Source: Polyangiales bacterium (lineage in GTDB: Bacteria; Myxococcota_A; Polyangia; Polyangiales; Ga0077539). Taken from it: a stretch of 64,000 bases of DNA. The stretch lies in assembly GCA_044229975.1 (NCBI GenBank), contig JBGARZ010000009.1:64001-128000 (forward strand). The letters are read 5' to 3'. The position numbers and the translations under genes are program-made. Under the pieces are notes generated by a model that was given only the letters and a program-made list of their open reading frames with translations, was not told the DNA's origin and did not search any database. Shown piece by piece: positions 52,398-61,276 of the stretch; position 1 is the first letter of the stretch; each line of letters starts with the position of its first letter.

Positions 52398-54341
52398 CCG
52401 GCGGGCGCGCAGCCAGCCGAAGTACATCCCCAGGAGGATCATCCCGTTGGTCCCGACGCCGTACCAGAGGAGCGCGCGGGCGGGCACCAGCACGGTGGCG
52501 ACGGAGCACAGGCCCGTCCACACCGCGAGCCAGCCGAGCCACGGGCGGATGGTCACGGCGCCGATGGTGTTGAGGGCCGCGAGCACCACGAGGTCGCCCC
52601 CGATCACGGTCGGGATCGACGTCTGCCCCGTACGCCACGCCACCAGGCGGTGCGCGAGGGTCGTCACGACGCACACCGCCGCGAAGGCCGCGAACTGCCG
52701 GCTGATGCGGTTGACCATCAGTCCGCGCCTTCCGACGAAGAGCCCCAGCAACACCAGCGACGCCATCCCGGCGTTGACGAACACGAGGTGCCCGATGCCC
52801 GCCCGGTCGGCGCTCGGCGCCCAGAGGCGCACGAGCACGGTCACCACCGACCCGGCCATGACCACGCCCAACAGCGGCGCCCGCGCGCCGAGTCCCTGGG
52901 AGATGTCCGTCTCCCTCGCCTCTTCGACGGCGGCGGCCTCGCGTTCGCGGCGCAGTCGTAGCGCCTCGGCCAGCGCGGCGAGGCGCTGCTCGGTCGACGC
53001 GTCGCGGTCGCCGAGCTCGTCGGCGAGGGCGCGGGCGGCGTCGAGGTTCTCGCGCGCGAGCTCGTGCTCCAGGAGGAGCCGCAGGGTGTGCCCGAGGCCG
53101 TCGCGCGCGCGGATGTTGCCGGGCCAGACTTCGAGCGCCTGCGCGAAGCCGAAGCGGCACTCGATGGCGAGGCGGTGGATGCGCGCCGGGTCCGGCCCCG
53201 ACGCGCGAGCGGTGAGGTCGCGGAGCACCGCGAGGCGCACCGTGGCGGAGGCGGCCAGCGTGAGGCTGGCGCGGTGGCGGACGTACTCGGTGAGGCGACG
53301 ACGAAACTCCAGGGCGCTCTGCGGGCGGCGCTCGGGGTCGGGGTGCGTCGCCTGGTTGCAGAGCTCGGCGAGCTCGACCGGGACGTCCGCGCCGTACTCC
53401 ACCGGCTGCGAGAGGTGCGCCGCGAAGAGCACGGCGTAGATGGTCGCCCCGAGGTGGCGATTGGTACCGGTGAGAACGGCGTGGAGCGTCGCGCCCAGGA
53501 GGTACACGTCGGTGCGCGCGTCGACCTTCGACACATCCCCCGCGACCATCTCCGGAGCCATGAACGCCGGGGTCCCGCGGATGGACGGAGCCTTCCCCTC
53601 TGGGCGCTCCGCGGGGCGATCGCGGTCGAGCCGCGCGGCGATGCCCCAGTCGACGAGGTAGACCTCGCCGAAGGCGCCGACCATGACGTTTTCGGGTTTG
53701 ATGTCGCGGTGCACGACGCGGCGCGAGTGGGCGTAGTGGACCGCGTCCGCGACCCGGATGAGCACCTCGATGTTGGCCGTGGCGCGATCACCGTGGGCGT
53801 CGAGGAGGGGCGTCCACGCCGGGTGGTCGGGGCTCTCCAGCAGGGTGCACCAGCTCGTCCCCTCGACGCGCTTCATCACGAGCACGGGCCGGCCCTGGTC
53901 GTCGCGCCCGAGGGCGTGCACCGGGACGATGTTGGGGTGCTCGACGCCGCCCATCACCACCGCCTCGCGGAGCAGCGCGAGCGCCCCGTCGTGGTCGGCC
54001 GTCTCGGGCCGGAGCACCTTCACCGCGACGTCGCGGGCGAGCGAACGCTGGCGCGCGAGCAGCACCTTGCCCATGCCGCCTTCGCCGAGGGTTCCGACGA
54101 CGCGGAGGTCGTGCGTGCCGGGGTCGCCGTCGACCGCATCGCCGACAGCGTCACCGCTCGTCGAGAGGTCGAGGGAGATGGAGGGCAGCGGCGGCGGCGT
54201 GAACGAGGCCGCCGGAACAACGGGCGGCGCGGCGGTGGCGGCGAAGGTGCGCGCGGTGACCGTCTGCCCGAAGGCCACCACGTCCTTGATCTGGTCGAGG
54301 TGGTGCTCCTGCCAGAGGGTCTCGAAGTCGTCGGTGGACAT
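52383..54341 (-). CDS. Hanks-type Ser/Thr protein kinase with C-terminal TM helices
   Basis: LGEGGMGKV, VAVK, HRDIKPEN, DWG, GTPAFMAPE, DVYLLG. Confidence 0.95.
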   Translation of the reverse strand: MSTDDFETLWQEHHLDQIKDVVAFGQTVTARTFAATAAPPVVPAASFTPPPLPSISLDLSTSGDAVGDAVDGDPGTHDLRVVGTLGEGGMGKVLLARQRSLARDVAVKVLRPETADHDGALALLREAVVMGGVEHPNIVPVHALGRDDQGRPVLVMKRVEGTSWCTLLESPDHPAWTPLLDAHGDRATANIEVLIRVADAVHYAHSRRVVHRDIKPENVMVGAFGEVYLVDWGIAARLDRDRPAERPEGKAPSIRGTPAFMAPEMVAGDVSKVDARTDVYLLGATLHAVLTGTNRHLGATIYAVLFAAHLSQPVEYGADVPVELAELCNQATHPDPERRPQSALEFRRRLTEYVRHRASLTLAASATVRLAVLRDLTARASGPDPARIHRLAIECRFGFAQALEVWPGNIRARDGLGHTLRLLLEHELARENLDAARALADELGDRDASTEQRLAALAEALRLRREREAAAVEEARETDISQGLGARAPLLGVVMAGSVVTVLVRLWAPSADRAGIGHLVFVNAGMASLVLLGLFVGRRGLMVNRISRQFAAFAAVCVVTTLAHRLVAWRTGQTSIPTVIGGDLVVLAALNTIGAVTIRPWLGWLAVWTGLCSVATVLVPARALLWYGVGTNGMILLGMYFGWLRARRSPAA

Positions 54342-54508
54342 CGTCGGCGCGCGAGTGTGCACGAAGCCCGCGGGCCACCGCCACCTGCCGCTGCCACACC
54401 ATTGGCGCCCACCTCCTCACCTCGTAGCGTCGGGCAGCGGAAGTTCCCCCTCCCCTCCTTCGACGGCTCTGCCTCGGACCTCTCTCGCTCAACAGCCGCC
54501 ATCGGTAG

Positions 54509-55058
54509 CTCGCCGTCGCCGCCGTACTCGCGCTCACCATCACCACGCAGGTCGGCTTGATTCTCTGGCCGGTGTTCGGGGCGTTTCGCGGACACCATCG
54601 CTGCCGGCAGCCCGGGCACACACGTCTCGTATCTCGACGGTGCCTTCCCCTTCGGCGGTCTGCCGCTGCTCCCGCACCTCTCCCACGGCGACGGGCGCAA
54701 GCTCGACCTCGCCCTCTTCTACGTCGATCGCGAGGGTCACCCATTGGAGGTCGGCGGATCGCCGCTCGGCTACTTCGGCTACGTCCAACCGCCCCGCCCG
54801 CGAGACGCCGCGTGTCCGTCGCGCTGGTTCGATCTCCGCTGGGACCTCTCCGCGCTCCAGTCGTGGCTCATGCCCGACGCCCTCGATCGTGGGCGAACCC
54901 GTCGCCTGCTCACGGCCGCGCTGCGCCACCCCGCGATCGATCGCGGCCTCATCGAGCCGCACCTCCAACGAACGCTCGGTGTCCGCTCTCCGCGGCTGCG
55001 CTTCCAGGGCTGTCGCGCGGCCCGTCACGACGACCACGTGCACCTCCAGCTCCGTTAG
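54509..55058 (+). pseudogene. Frameshifted remnant of a putative Zn-peptidase-like protein
   Basis: Hydrophobic LALTITTQVGLILW in one frame, then SYLDGAFPF..PHLSHGDGRKLDL..AARHDDHVHLQL in another; upstream stops and no proper start. Confidence 0.55.
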
Positions 55059-55092
55059 AACCCTCAATCGACATCATTTTCGATATCTTTCA

Positions 55093-55121
55093 TTGACGGC
55101 CATTTCGACATGGCGTACAAG
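55093..55121 (+). promoter_or_regulatory. Putative sigma-70 promoter of the leader-tRNA unit
   Basis: TTGACG-N17-TACAAG in an AT-richer patch. Confidence 0.5.
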
Positions 55122-55133
55122 CAGACCGTCGCC

Positions 55134-55229
55134 ATGTCGCTCTCGTCATTCACCTTCGCTGCCCTCACCACCCGTCGCCTGCTGGGCGCACGGGGAGGGC
55201 GCGGTCGCGGTACCGGCCTCGGGCGTTAG
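55134..55229 (+). CDS. Putative 31-aa Gly/Arg-rich leader peptide
   Basis: MSLSSFTFAALTTRRLLGARGGRGRGTGLGR-stop; 7 Gly in the last 14 codons; stop codon buried in hairpin 55217-55255. Confidence 0.5.
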   Translation: MSLSSFTFAALTTRRLLGARGGRGRGTGLGR

Positions 55230-55330
55230 AACCCTCCAGGGGTTCACGTCCGAGGACGACCGGAAGGTTCGACGCTGACATTGCGGGAGTGAATCGCTGG
55301 AAACGGCGGTTTTTCCCGATGTCCGCGCGC

Positions 55331-55405
55331 GCGGGAGTAGCTCAATGGTAGAGCGCCTGAGTGCCCCTCAGGCTGTTGCGGGTTCAAGTCCCGTCTCCCG
55401 CTCCA
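55331..55405 (+). tRNA. tRNA-Gly(GCC) with atypical anticodon loop
   Basis: Acceptor GCGGGAG/CTCCCGC, U73, encoded CCA; D stem GCTC/GAGC; anticodon stem CCTGA/TCAGG with loop GTGCCCC; T loop TTCAAGT. Confidence 0.85.
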
Positions 55406-55427
55406 CGGCAGCGATGCCGTGTCCGTT

Positions 55428-55498
55428 GCGGCGCTGGTCTAGTGGCTGGGCCTCAGGCTTCCAACCTGATGAGGTCGGTTCGATCCCGACGCGCCACA
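55428..55498 (+). tRNA. tRNA-Gly(TCC)-like, degenerate acceptor end
   Basis: Anticodon stem TCAGG/CCTGA with loop CTTCCAA; T arm GTCGG-TTCGATC-CCGAC; acceptor GCGGCGC/GCGCCAC has a C2-A71 mismatch, A73 and no CCA. Confidence 0.75.
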
Positions 55499-55566
55499 CT
55501 TCGTTCATCGATGACGGTCTTCATCCATGTACCGTTGGTGCCAATGGTCACATTGGTGTGCTTTAT

Positions 55567-57539
55567 CAGGGTTGAGTGGCTGAGCTGAGCGCCGCTTCGC
55601 CCGCAGCGTATCAACCGCCAGCGTGCCGTCGCCCCTCTGGACGGGAGCTCCGGGATTCTGTAGTCGCAGCCTATGAGCGACGCCGCCACCGACGTGCCGA
55701 GTCCCGACGGCCTGACGATCAAGCAGGCCCGAATCCTGGAGAGCTACTACTCGCTCCGACAGCGCCTTCCCGGTCCGAGCATCGGGAGCCACGAGGTCTT
55801 GCAGGAGCTTCGGCGCAAGGGCCCGCTCGTCGACCTTCCGAGCGAGGCGTTGATCCGAGACGTGCTGGCCTCTCACGACCTACCGCGTCGACGGGGCGGG
55901 CGACCGCGCCTGTCGTCCAAGGAGGTCGCGCCGCCGGACGACCCTTTGGTCGCGTCGGCGAGCGGGGCGCCGACGAGCCCCGCATCGAGCAGTCGGTCGG
56001 GACGCTCCTCCTCCCGGCGCTGATCGCAGGACCGTTGCAGGCGATCGCGGCGCAGGTCGCGTCGTCGCCGCGCGAGGTCGCACGAACGACGACGATCCTG
56101 AGCGCGTTGGCGGGTCGCTTGCTGACACGAGGAGGGCTCGCCGCCGCGTCGCGTGACGCGGGCGCAGAGACCCTGTTCACGGGGCGAGCGCGCCCGTACA
56201 GCGAGGCGTGGCTGCGGCAGGAGGCCGAGCGAATCGAGCAGGCGGGCGGCGCGATCGCGTGTGCGCAACAGGTGTTCGCGCAGGTGACTACCGCGGCTCG
56301 GGGCCACGTGGTCACGGCGTTCACCGACATGTTCGATCAGGTGTGGTGGACCAAGCGGCCCGCGCACGCCGGTCCCATCGGCCGTCTGGCCAACCGGTGC
56401 CTGGGGGCGGTGTACTTCGGCGTGACGACGGTGCACATCGCGCTCGATACGTCGCCCGGCCTCACGCTCGGACTGCACCTCTCGGCGCACAAGCCCGCGA
56501 CGCCGCTGTACGACGCCATCGAAGACCTGTCTGCCGACGAGGAGCGTCGGCGCTGGCTCCAGTCGGTGCATCACTTCGTCGTCGATCGCGGCGGCAACGG
56601 GAAGCGAACGCTGCGCTTCATGCACGACGCGCGCTTGCCGTACCTGACGATGGCCCAGCGATCGACCGAGCTCCCCGCCGTCGCCGAGGCCACCGACTTC
56701 ACCGAGTCGGGGTTGCCGTTGCGGGTCACCCCCGACCTCGACCTCGCGGGCGACGTGGCCCCGAACGCCGACGAGCCAGGCCCGCGTCGGATCGCCTTTC
56801 CCGCGAACCCTGATCGCGGCGCCGCGTGTGAGACGGCGATCGTGTACCTCGTGGACGCCACGCTCACGCCCGACGAGCTGCGCAACCTCGACGCGGTTTA
56901 CAAGGGTCGCTGGGGCGGCGGGGAGAACGTGCTCAAGGCGTGGCAGGCGGTGGGCTTCGGCGTCAATCGCAGCCGCCGCATCGAGCTCGCGTGCAGCCGC
57001 GGCGACGACGGCAAGTTGGAGCGCAGCGCGGCGCGGTACGAGGCACTGGCCGAGACCCTTCAGTCGATCAACCACCGTGGGAGCCCGAAGGAGGCCCGGC
57101 ACTTCGATCGAACGTTGATGAAGATCGGCGCCGAGACGCTCAAGGCGCAGCAGATTCGTGACAAGCCCACGACGAAGCACGTCCGCGTGGTCGATGGCAC
57201 CGGCGAGATGCTGGCCAAGTGGCTGATGCTGCTGCTCACCAACGCGCTCGCGATCACGCTGGGTTGCAGTCGCATCCCGGCGGTCCGCACGATGACGCCC
57301 GCGCGCCTGAACGAGTTGCTGCTCGGACGAAGCACCATCGCGGCGATCGGCGCGGCGGAGATCGCTCTCTACCTGGAGCCCATCCACGAATACCGAGATC
57401 GCGAACATCAGCGAGAGTTGGTGAGGGTCTTCGACGAGGCCGCCCTCACGCTGAGGGGGCGAACGTTACGCCTGCGCCTGCGCAAAACCCGAGGGATCGG
57501 CTGATGCTGGCGGTTTTCGAGGCCCACCACTCAACCCTG
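55567..57539 (+). mobile_element. Complete insertion sequence (1973 bp), DDE transposase, family unassigned
   Basis: Perfect 13-bp TIR CAGGGTTGAGTGG / CCACTCAACCCTG; 5-bp duplication TTTAT at 55562-55566 and 57540-57544. Confidence 0.92.
55673..57504 (+). CDS. Transposase, probably OrfA (55673-56023) fused to the -1 frame OrfB
   Basis: OrfB has FTDMFDQ, VVDRGG and YKGRWGGGENVLK (IS4-superfamily-like Y-x2-R...E...K); the overlap holds C_CCT_TTG plus a hairpin. Confidence 0.75.
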
Positions 57540-57720
57540 TTTATCTGACGAGCATCCGTCTTCGCCACGACCGTTGAGGTGAAGCGCGCGCTGGTGCGAG
57601 TCGATCGCGACGGCGGCACGGGATCATCCTCGGACCGATGAATGCTGGTCGGATTCGCGGCACCTGCTGGCGTTGCGCGCGGGGAGCGGGTGTAGCCTCG
57701 CGCGGAAGGGTAGCGGGGCC

Positions 57721-60336
57721 ATGACATTCAACCGACGAGCAGTGGGATGGGCGACGCACGGACTCGCAGCGCTCGCGCTGGTGGGGTGCAGCGCACCTGC
57801 GACCGGTCCGATCGATGCGGCGCGGACATCGGACACGCCGACGACGGACCTCTCGGGCGACGACGCGACGGCGCGCGAAGTGCTGACAGGAACCATCGGC
57901 CCCGCAGGAGGTGAGCTGCGGGGCGCGGGGGTGGTGTTGCGCGTCCCGGAGGGGGCGCTCGACCGAACGGTGACCCTGCGCGCCGAGGACACGGGGCTCT
58001 CCCCGCCGCCTCCCTACGACGGCTACAGCAACGTCTGGCGATTCACCCCCGAAGGGCTGACGTTCGCGCGCCCGGTGACCGTCTCGCTGCGCTTCCGTCG
58101 CGGCCCCGACCCGGCCGTCGCGTGGTCACGCGCGGGAGCCGAAGGTTACGAGTGGCGGTCCAGCGAGGTCGCGGGCGACGTCATCAGCGCCTCGGTCGAC
58201 CACTTCAGCACCGGCTTCGTCGCGGCGCGCACGCCCGTCGACGCCGCGGTCCCGGACGCCGCGGCCGATGACCGCGCGGCGCTCCCCGACGTGCCCGACA
58301 TGACCGATGCGCCCGATGTGCTCGATGTGCCTGCTCGCCCTGACGCGAGCTCCAGCGACGCCGCCCCGAGCGTTGATGCCTCCACCGATGCCGACGTGAC
58401 GACCGATGTGCCCGCTCGTGAGGACGTTCCGATCGACAGTCCCCCACCGACCTTCGACGCACCCATCGTCGACGTCGGTGCGACCCCTGACGCTGGCGTC
58501 GCCGAGGACGTCATCGCCTGCCGCTCCGGCGACGTCGGACCCGACGGCGGCGGCGACCCCGACCTCTTCCCGGGCGCGGAGATCATCCCTGACGCCCCCG
58601 CCTTGACCGTCGACTTCGATCGCGTGCGCACCGGCCTCAACGCGGGCCTGACGTGCCTCTCGGACACTACGGAGTCGCGAGACGCCGTGCTGCACTTCCG
58701 GCTGACCGAGTCCCGCGACGTGACCTTCAGCGTCACCGCCGAGATGAGCACCCAGTACACCTACGTGCAGCTCCAGCGCTCGTGCGTCCCCGGCGCGCCG
58801 ACCCTCGGTGCGTGTCGCGTCGGGCGGGCGCAGACCAACTTCCGCCGAGCGCTCCCGGCCGGTGACTACTACCTGGTGCTGGGAGCGTTCGGGCCCCGCC
58901 AGAGGCACGCGGTGCAGGTCCGAACCGCTCCGCCGACCACGCCGCCGCCGGGGGACACCTGCGGCAACCCGATGGAGGTCACACCCAACGGCCCTCCCTC
59001 GGCTCTCCCTCCCACCAACCTCGGCCTCGACGCCGACGTCGGTCTGGCTTGCGCGACGCCCGCCGACCACTACGAAAACACCGACGGCGTCTGGCACTTC
59101 CGCCTCGACACCACCAGCAACCTCACCGTCACCACCACCGCCGGGCCCTCCCAGGTGTGGTGGCGACTCCAGCGCTGGGGTTGCGCCGTGGACAGCACCG
59201 CCGTCGGCTTCTGCACCGCCACCGGCGCGACCTCGATTCGCACCTTCGCGGGGCAGACGCCCGGCGACTACTACCTCATCGGCGAGTGGCGATCGGGCTA
59301 CACGGGCAGCGTCGCGGTCTCCGTGGCGACCTCTCCCGTGACGGGGCGCCAGCGGGGCGACCTCTGCTCCGATCCGCTCGTGGTGACACCTGACGGGCCG
59401 CCTGTGAGCATCCGCCGCGACCAGCTCGCGGCGGGCGACGACCACGGGCTGCGCGGCAACTACACCGAGAGCAACGCCTCCACTCGTCGCGACGCCGACT
59501 TCGTCTACACACTCTCGGAACCACGCGACGTCGTGGTGACCGTCGAGGACACCGAGGGCACCGGGTCGACCTACTTCGAGGTGCACCGCCGCTGTGGCGA
59601 GTGGCCGCCCGACCTCGGCTTGAGCCGCCTCGACACGCGGGACTCCACGCGCGAGCTGGTCATCCCGCGACAGGCAGCGGGGACGTGGTTCATCGCCGCG
59701 TCACTGGCCAATGGGTCCGTCGTCGCGACGGCTCGCGTGCGCACCTTCCCGGCTGGGACCTTCAACACGTACAGCCTGTCGCAGCCGACCTCGGTCGTGT
59801 GGACGCCTGCGTGCGGCGTCCCGGGCTCGACGGTGCTCATCGCCCCGGCGAGCGGGTCGACCGCGCAGATGCCGCTGCCCTTCGCGCTCCGGTATTGGGG
59901 CGTCGACATCCCGGCGGGCTTCTCGGTGAACGTCTCGCGCTACGGCCACCTGAACCTCGACGGCATCGTCACCTCGGGGGGCGGGACGCTGCCCTCCCCG
60001 ACTGCCCCCAATGGCATCGTCGCGCCGGCGCCGCGCAGCGACTGGCGGGTGCGCGCGCCCGGCCTCTGCACGGTGGTGCTCGGCACAGCGCCCAACCGTC
60101 GCTGGGTCATCCAATGGAACAGCTCCACGGCGCCGCTGGTCGGGACCGGCATTCCCGCCGACTACGAGGTGATCGTGAGCGAGGGGACCAACACCCTCGA
60201 CTTCGTGTACGGCGTCAGTGCTGGAGTCGGTGCAGCGGGTCGCCCTGGCATCGAAGACCTGTCGGGTACCAACGCGGTGACCTGGGACTATGGCATCGAC
60301 GAAGGCACGCGCATCCGCTTCACGCCGACGCGTTGA
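57721..60336 (+). CDS. Large surface lipoprotein with ZU5-like N-terminal domain and repeated beta-sandwich modules
   Basis: ALVGC lipobox; IGPAGGEL..VPEGAL..FTPEGLTFARPVTV..VDHFS; Asp/Pro-rich linker; repeated GDxC..P..V..D.V..F.L..GDYYL units. Confidence 0.8.
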   Translation: MTFNRRAVGWATHGLAALALVGCSAPATGPIDAARTSDTPTTDLSGDDATAREVLTGTIGPAGGELRGAGVVLRVPEGALDRTVTLRAEDTGLSPPPPYDGYSNVWRFTPEGLTFARPVTVSLRFRRGPDPAVAWSRAGAEGYEWRSSEVAGDVISASVDHFSTGFVAARTPVDAAVPDAAADDRAALPDVPDMTDAPDVLDVPARPDASSSDAAPSVDASTDADVTTDVPAREDVPIDSPPPTFDAPIVDVGATPDAGVAEDVIACRSGDVGPDGGGDPDLFPGAEIIPDAPALTVDFDRVRTGLNAGLTCLSDTTESRDAVLHFRLTESRDVTFSVTAEMSTQYTYVQLQRSCVPGAPTLGACRVGRAQTNFRRALPAGDYYLVLGAFGPRQRHAVQVRTAPPTTPPPGDTCGNPMEVTPNGPPSALPPTNLGLDADVGLACATPADHYENTDGVWHFRLDTTSNLTVTTTAGPSQVWWRLQRWGCAVDSTAVGFCTATGATSIRTFAGQTPGDYYLIGEWRSGYTGSVAVSVATSPVTGRQRGDLCSDPLVVTPDGPPVSIRRDQLAAGDDHGLRGNYTESNASTRRDADFVYTLSEPRDVVVTVEDTEGTGSTYFEVHRRCGEWPPDLGLSRLDTRDSTRELVIPRQAAGTWFIAASLANGSVVATARVRTFPAGTFNTYSLSQPTSVVWTPACGVPGSTVLIAPASGSTAQMPLPFALRYWGVDIPAGFSVNVSRYGHLNLDGIVTSGGGTLPSPTAPNGIVAPAPRSDWRVRAPGLCTVVLGTAPNRRWVIQWNSSTAPLVGTGIPADYEVIVSEGTNTLDFVYGVSAGVGAAGRPGIEDLSGTNAVTWDYGIDEGTRIRFTPTR

Positions 60337-60388
60337 CCCGAACGTCGAAGGCGGCCGCGCACCACGGGCGCAACGTCGCTCGCATCGG

Positions 60389-61276
60389 TCAAAGACCGAG
60401 CGCGCGCAGGTCGAGGCGCCCGCCCGTCACCGGCGGGCACCAGTAGTACGAGCCCGTCACGGGTCGCGAAAACGTGAACAACCCATCGGCGGTTCCGTCT
60501 TCGAGGCCCAGCATGCGGGACATCACGCGCTCGAAGCGGTCGAGCGACTCGCCGAACGCGATGAACTCCAACCCCTGCTCACGCGCGCCCGCCCACGGCA
60601 TCGACCGCCGCAGCATGAACGCCGCCGGCTCGAAGCTCTCCTGCGCGCTGCGCTTCACGTGCGCCGACACGGGCGCCTCGTCGTACTCCTCGTTGGTCTC
60701 CAGCCGCCGACCGAACACATCGTCGCGCTCGCCGTGCGCGAACCCGCGGAGGCGCGTGAGGTCGTGCACCCAGCGCTGCACCGCGACGAAGCTCGACCCC
60801 GCGAGCCCGTCGCCCTCCGCCACGATCGCCGCCTCGACGGCTTCGTCGCCGTCGGGGTTTTCGGTTCCGTCTTCGTAGCCGGAGAGGTCGTGGCCGGTGC
60901 GGTAGCGAAAGGTGTCGATCGCGTCGTCGAGGATGAAGCCATCGCCCAGCAGGTCGTGGACGGTGTTGCCCAGGTCGAAGAGGTCGCCGCGGGTGTCGTG
61001 ACGGAGCTGCACCCAGAGCGCCTGCTGCGTGCTCGGCACCGCGCACCCGACGCCCGCGAGGCCCGGAAACGCCCGCAGCCCCGCGAGGCGCACGCCGAGC
61101 GCGAGGGTGAGCGGCGCGCCGAGGCCCACGATCGCCCGCTCGGGCGAGAGGGCGTCGCGCAGACGACGGAGCGGCTCCGCGGGACGGCACCCCGGCGCGA
61201 GGCGAAACGTGAGCGCGCGAGCGATGGAAGGAACCGACTGGAGGATGGCGGGCTGCGCCCGGTCAGCGATGGACAT
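60389..61276 (-). CDS. Dyp-type peroxidase
   Basis: GYEDGTENP (GxxDG), VQRWVHDL, AHVKR, MLRRSMPW, FTFSRPVTGSYYWCPP. Confidence 0.93.
   Translation of the reverse strand: MSIADRAQPAILQSVPSIARALTFRLAPGCRPAEPLRRLRDALSPERAIVGLGAPLTLALGVRLAGLRAFPGLAGVGCAVPSTQQALWVQLRHDTRGDLFDLGNTVHDLLGDGFILDDAIDTFRYRTGHDLSGYEDGTENPDGDEAVEAAIVAEGDGLAGSSFVAVQRWVHDLTRLRGFAHGERDDVFGRRLETNEEYDEAPVSAHVKRSAQESFEPAAFMLRRSMPWAGAREQGLEFIAFGESLDRFERVMSRMLGLEDGTADGLFTFSRPVTGSYYWCPPVTGGRLDLRALGL

Noticed and set aside
55428..55498. tRNA 3' end as attachment site of an integrated element
   Set aside because: No integrase and no duplicated tRNA 3' fragment found in the window; the adjacent IS has its own TSD.
55511..55566. 19-aa hydrophobic ORF (MTVFIHVPLVPMVTLVCFI) restored if the IS is removed, resembling a type I toxin
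   Set aside because: No ribosome-binding site or antisense partner visible; too short to support.
57545..57600. CTGACGAG as a hammerhead ribozyme core next to the IS end
   Set aside because: No correctly placed GAAA or supporting stems.
60389..60450. Encapsulin cargo-loading peptide on the DyP peroxidase
   Set aside because: The protein ends right after the DyP fold with no extended targeting tail, and no encapsulin gene is adjacent.
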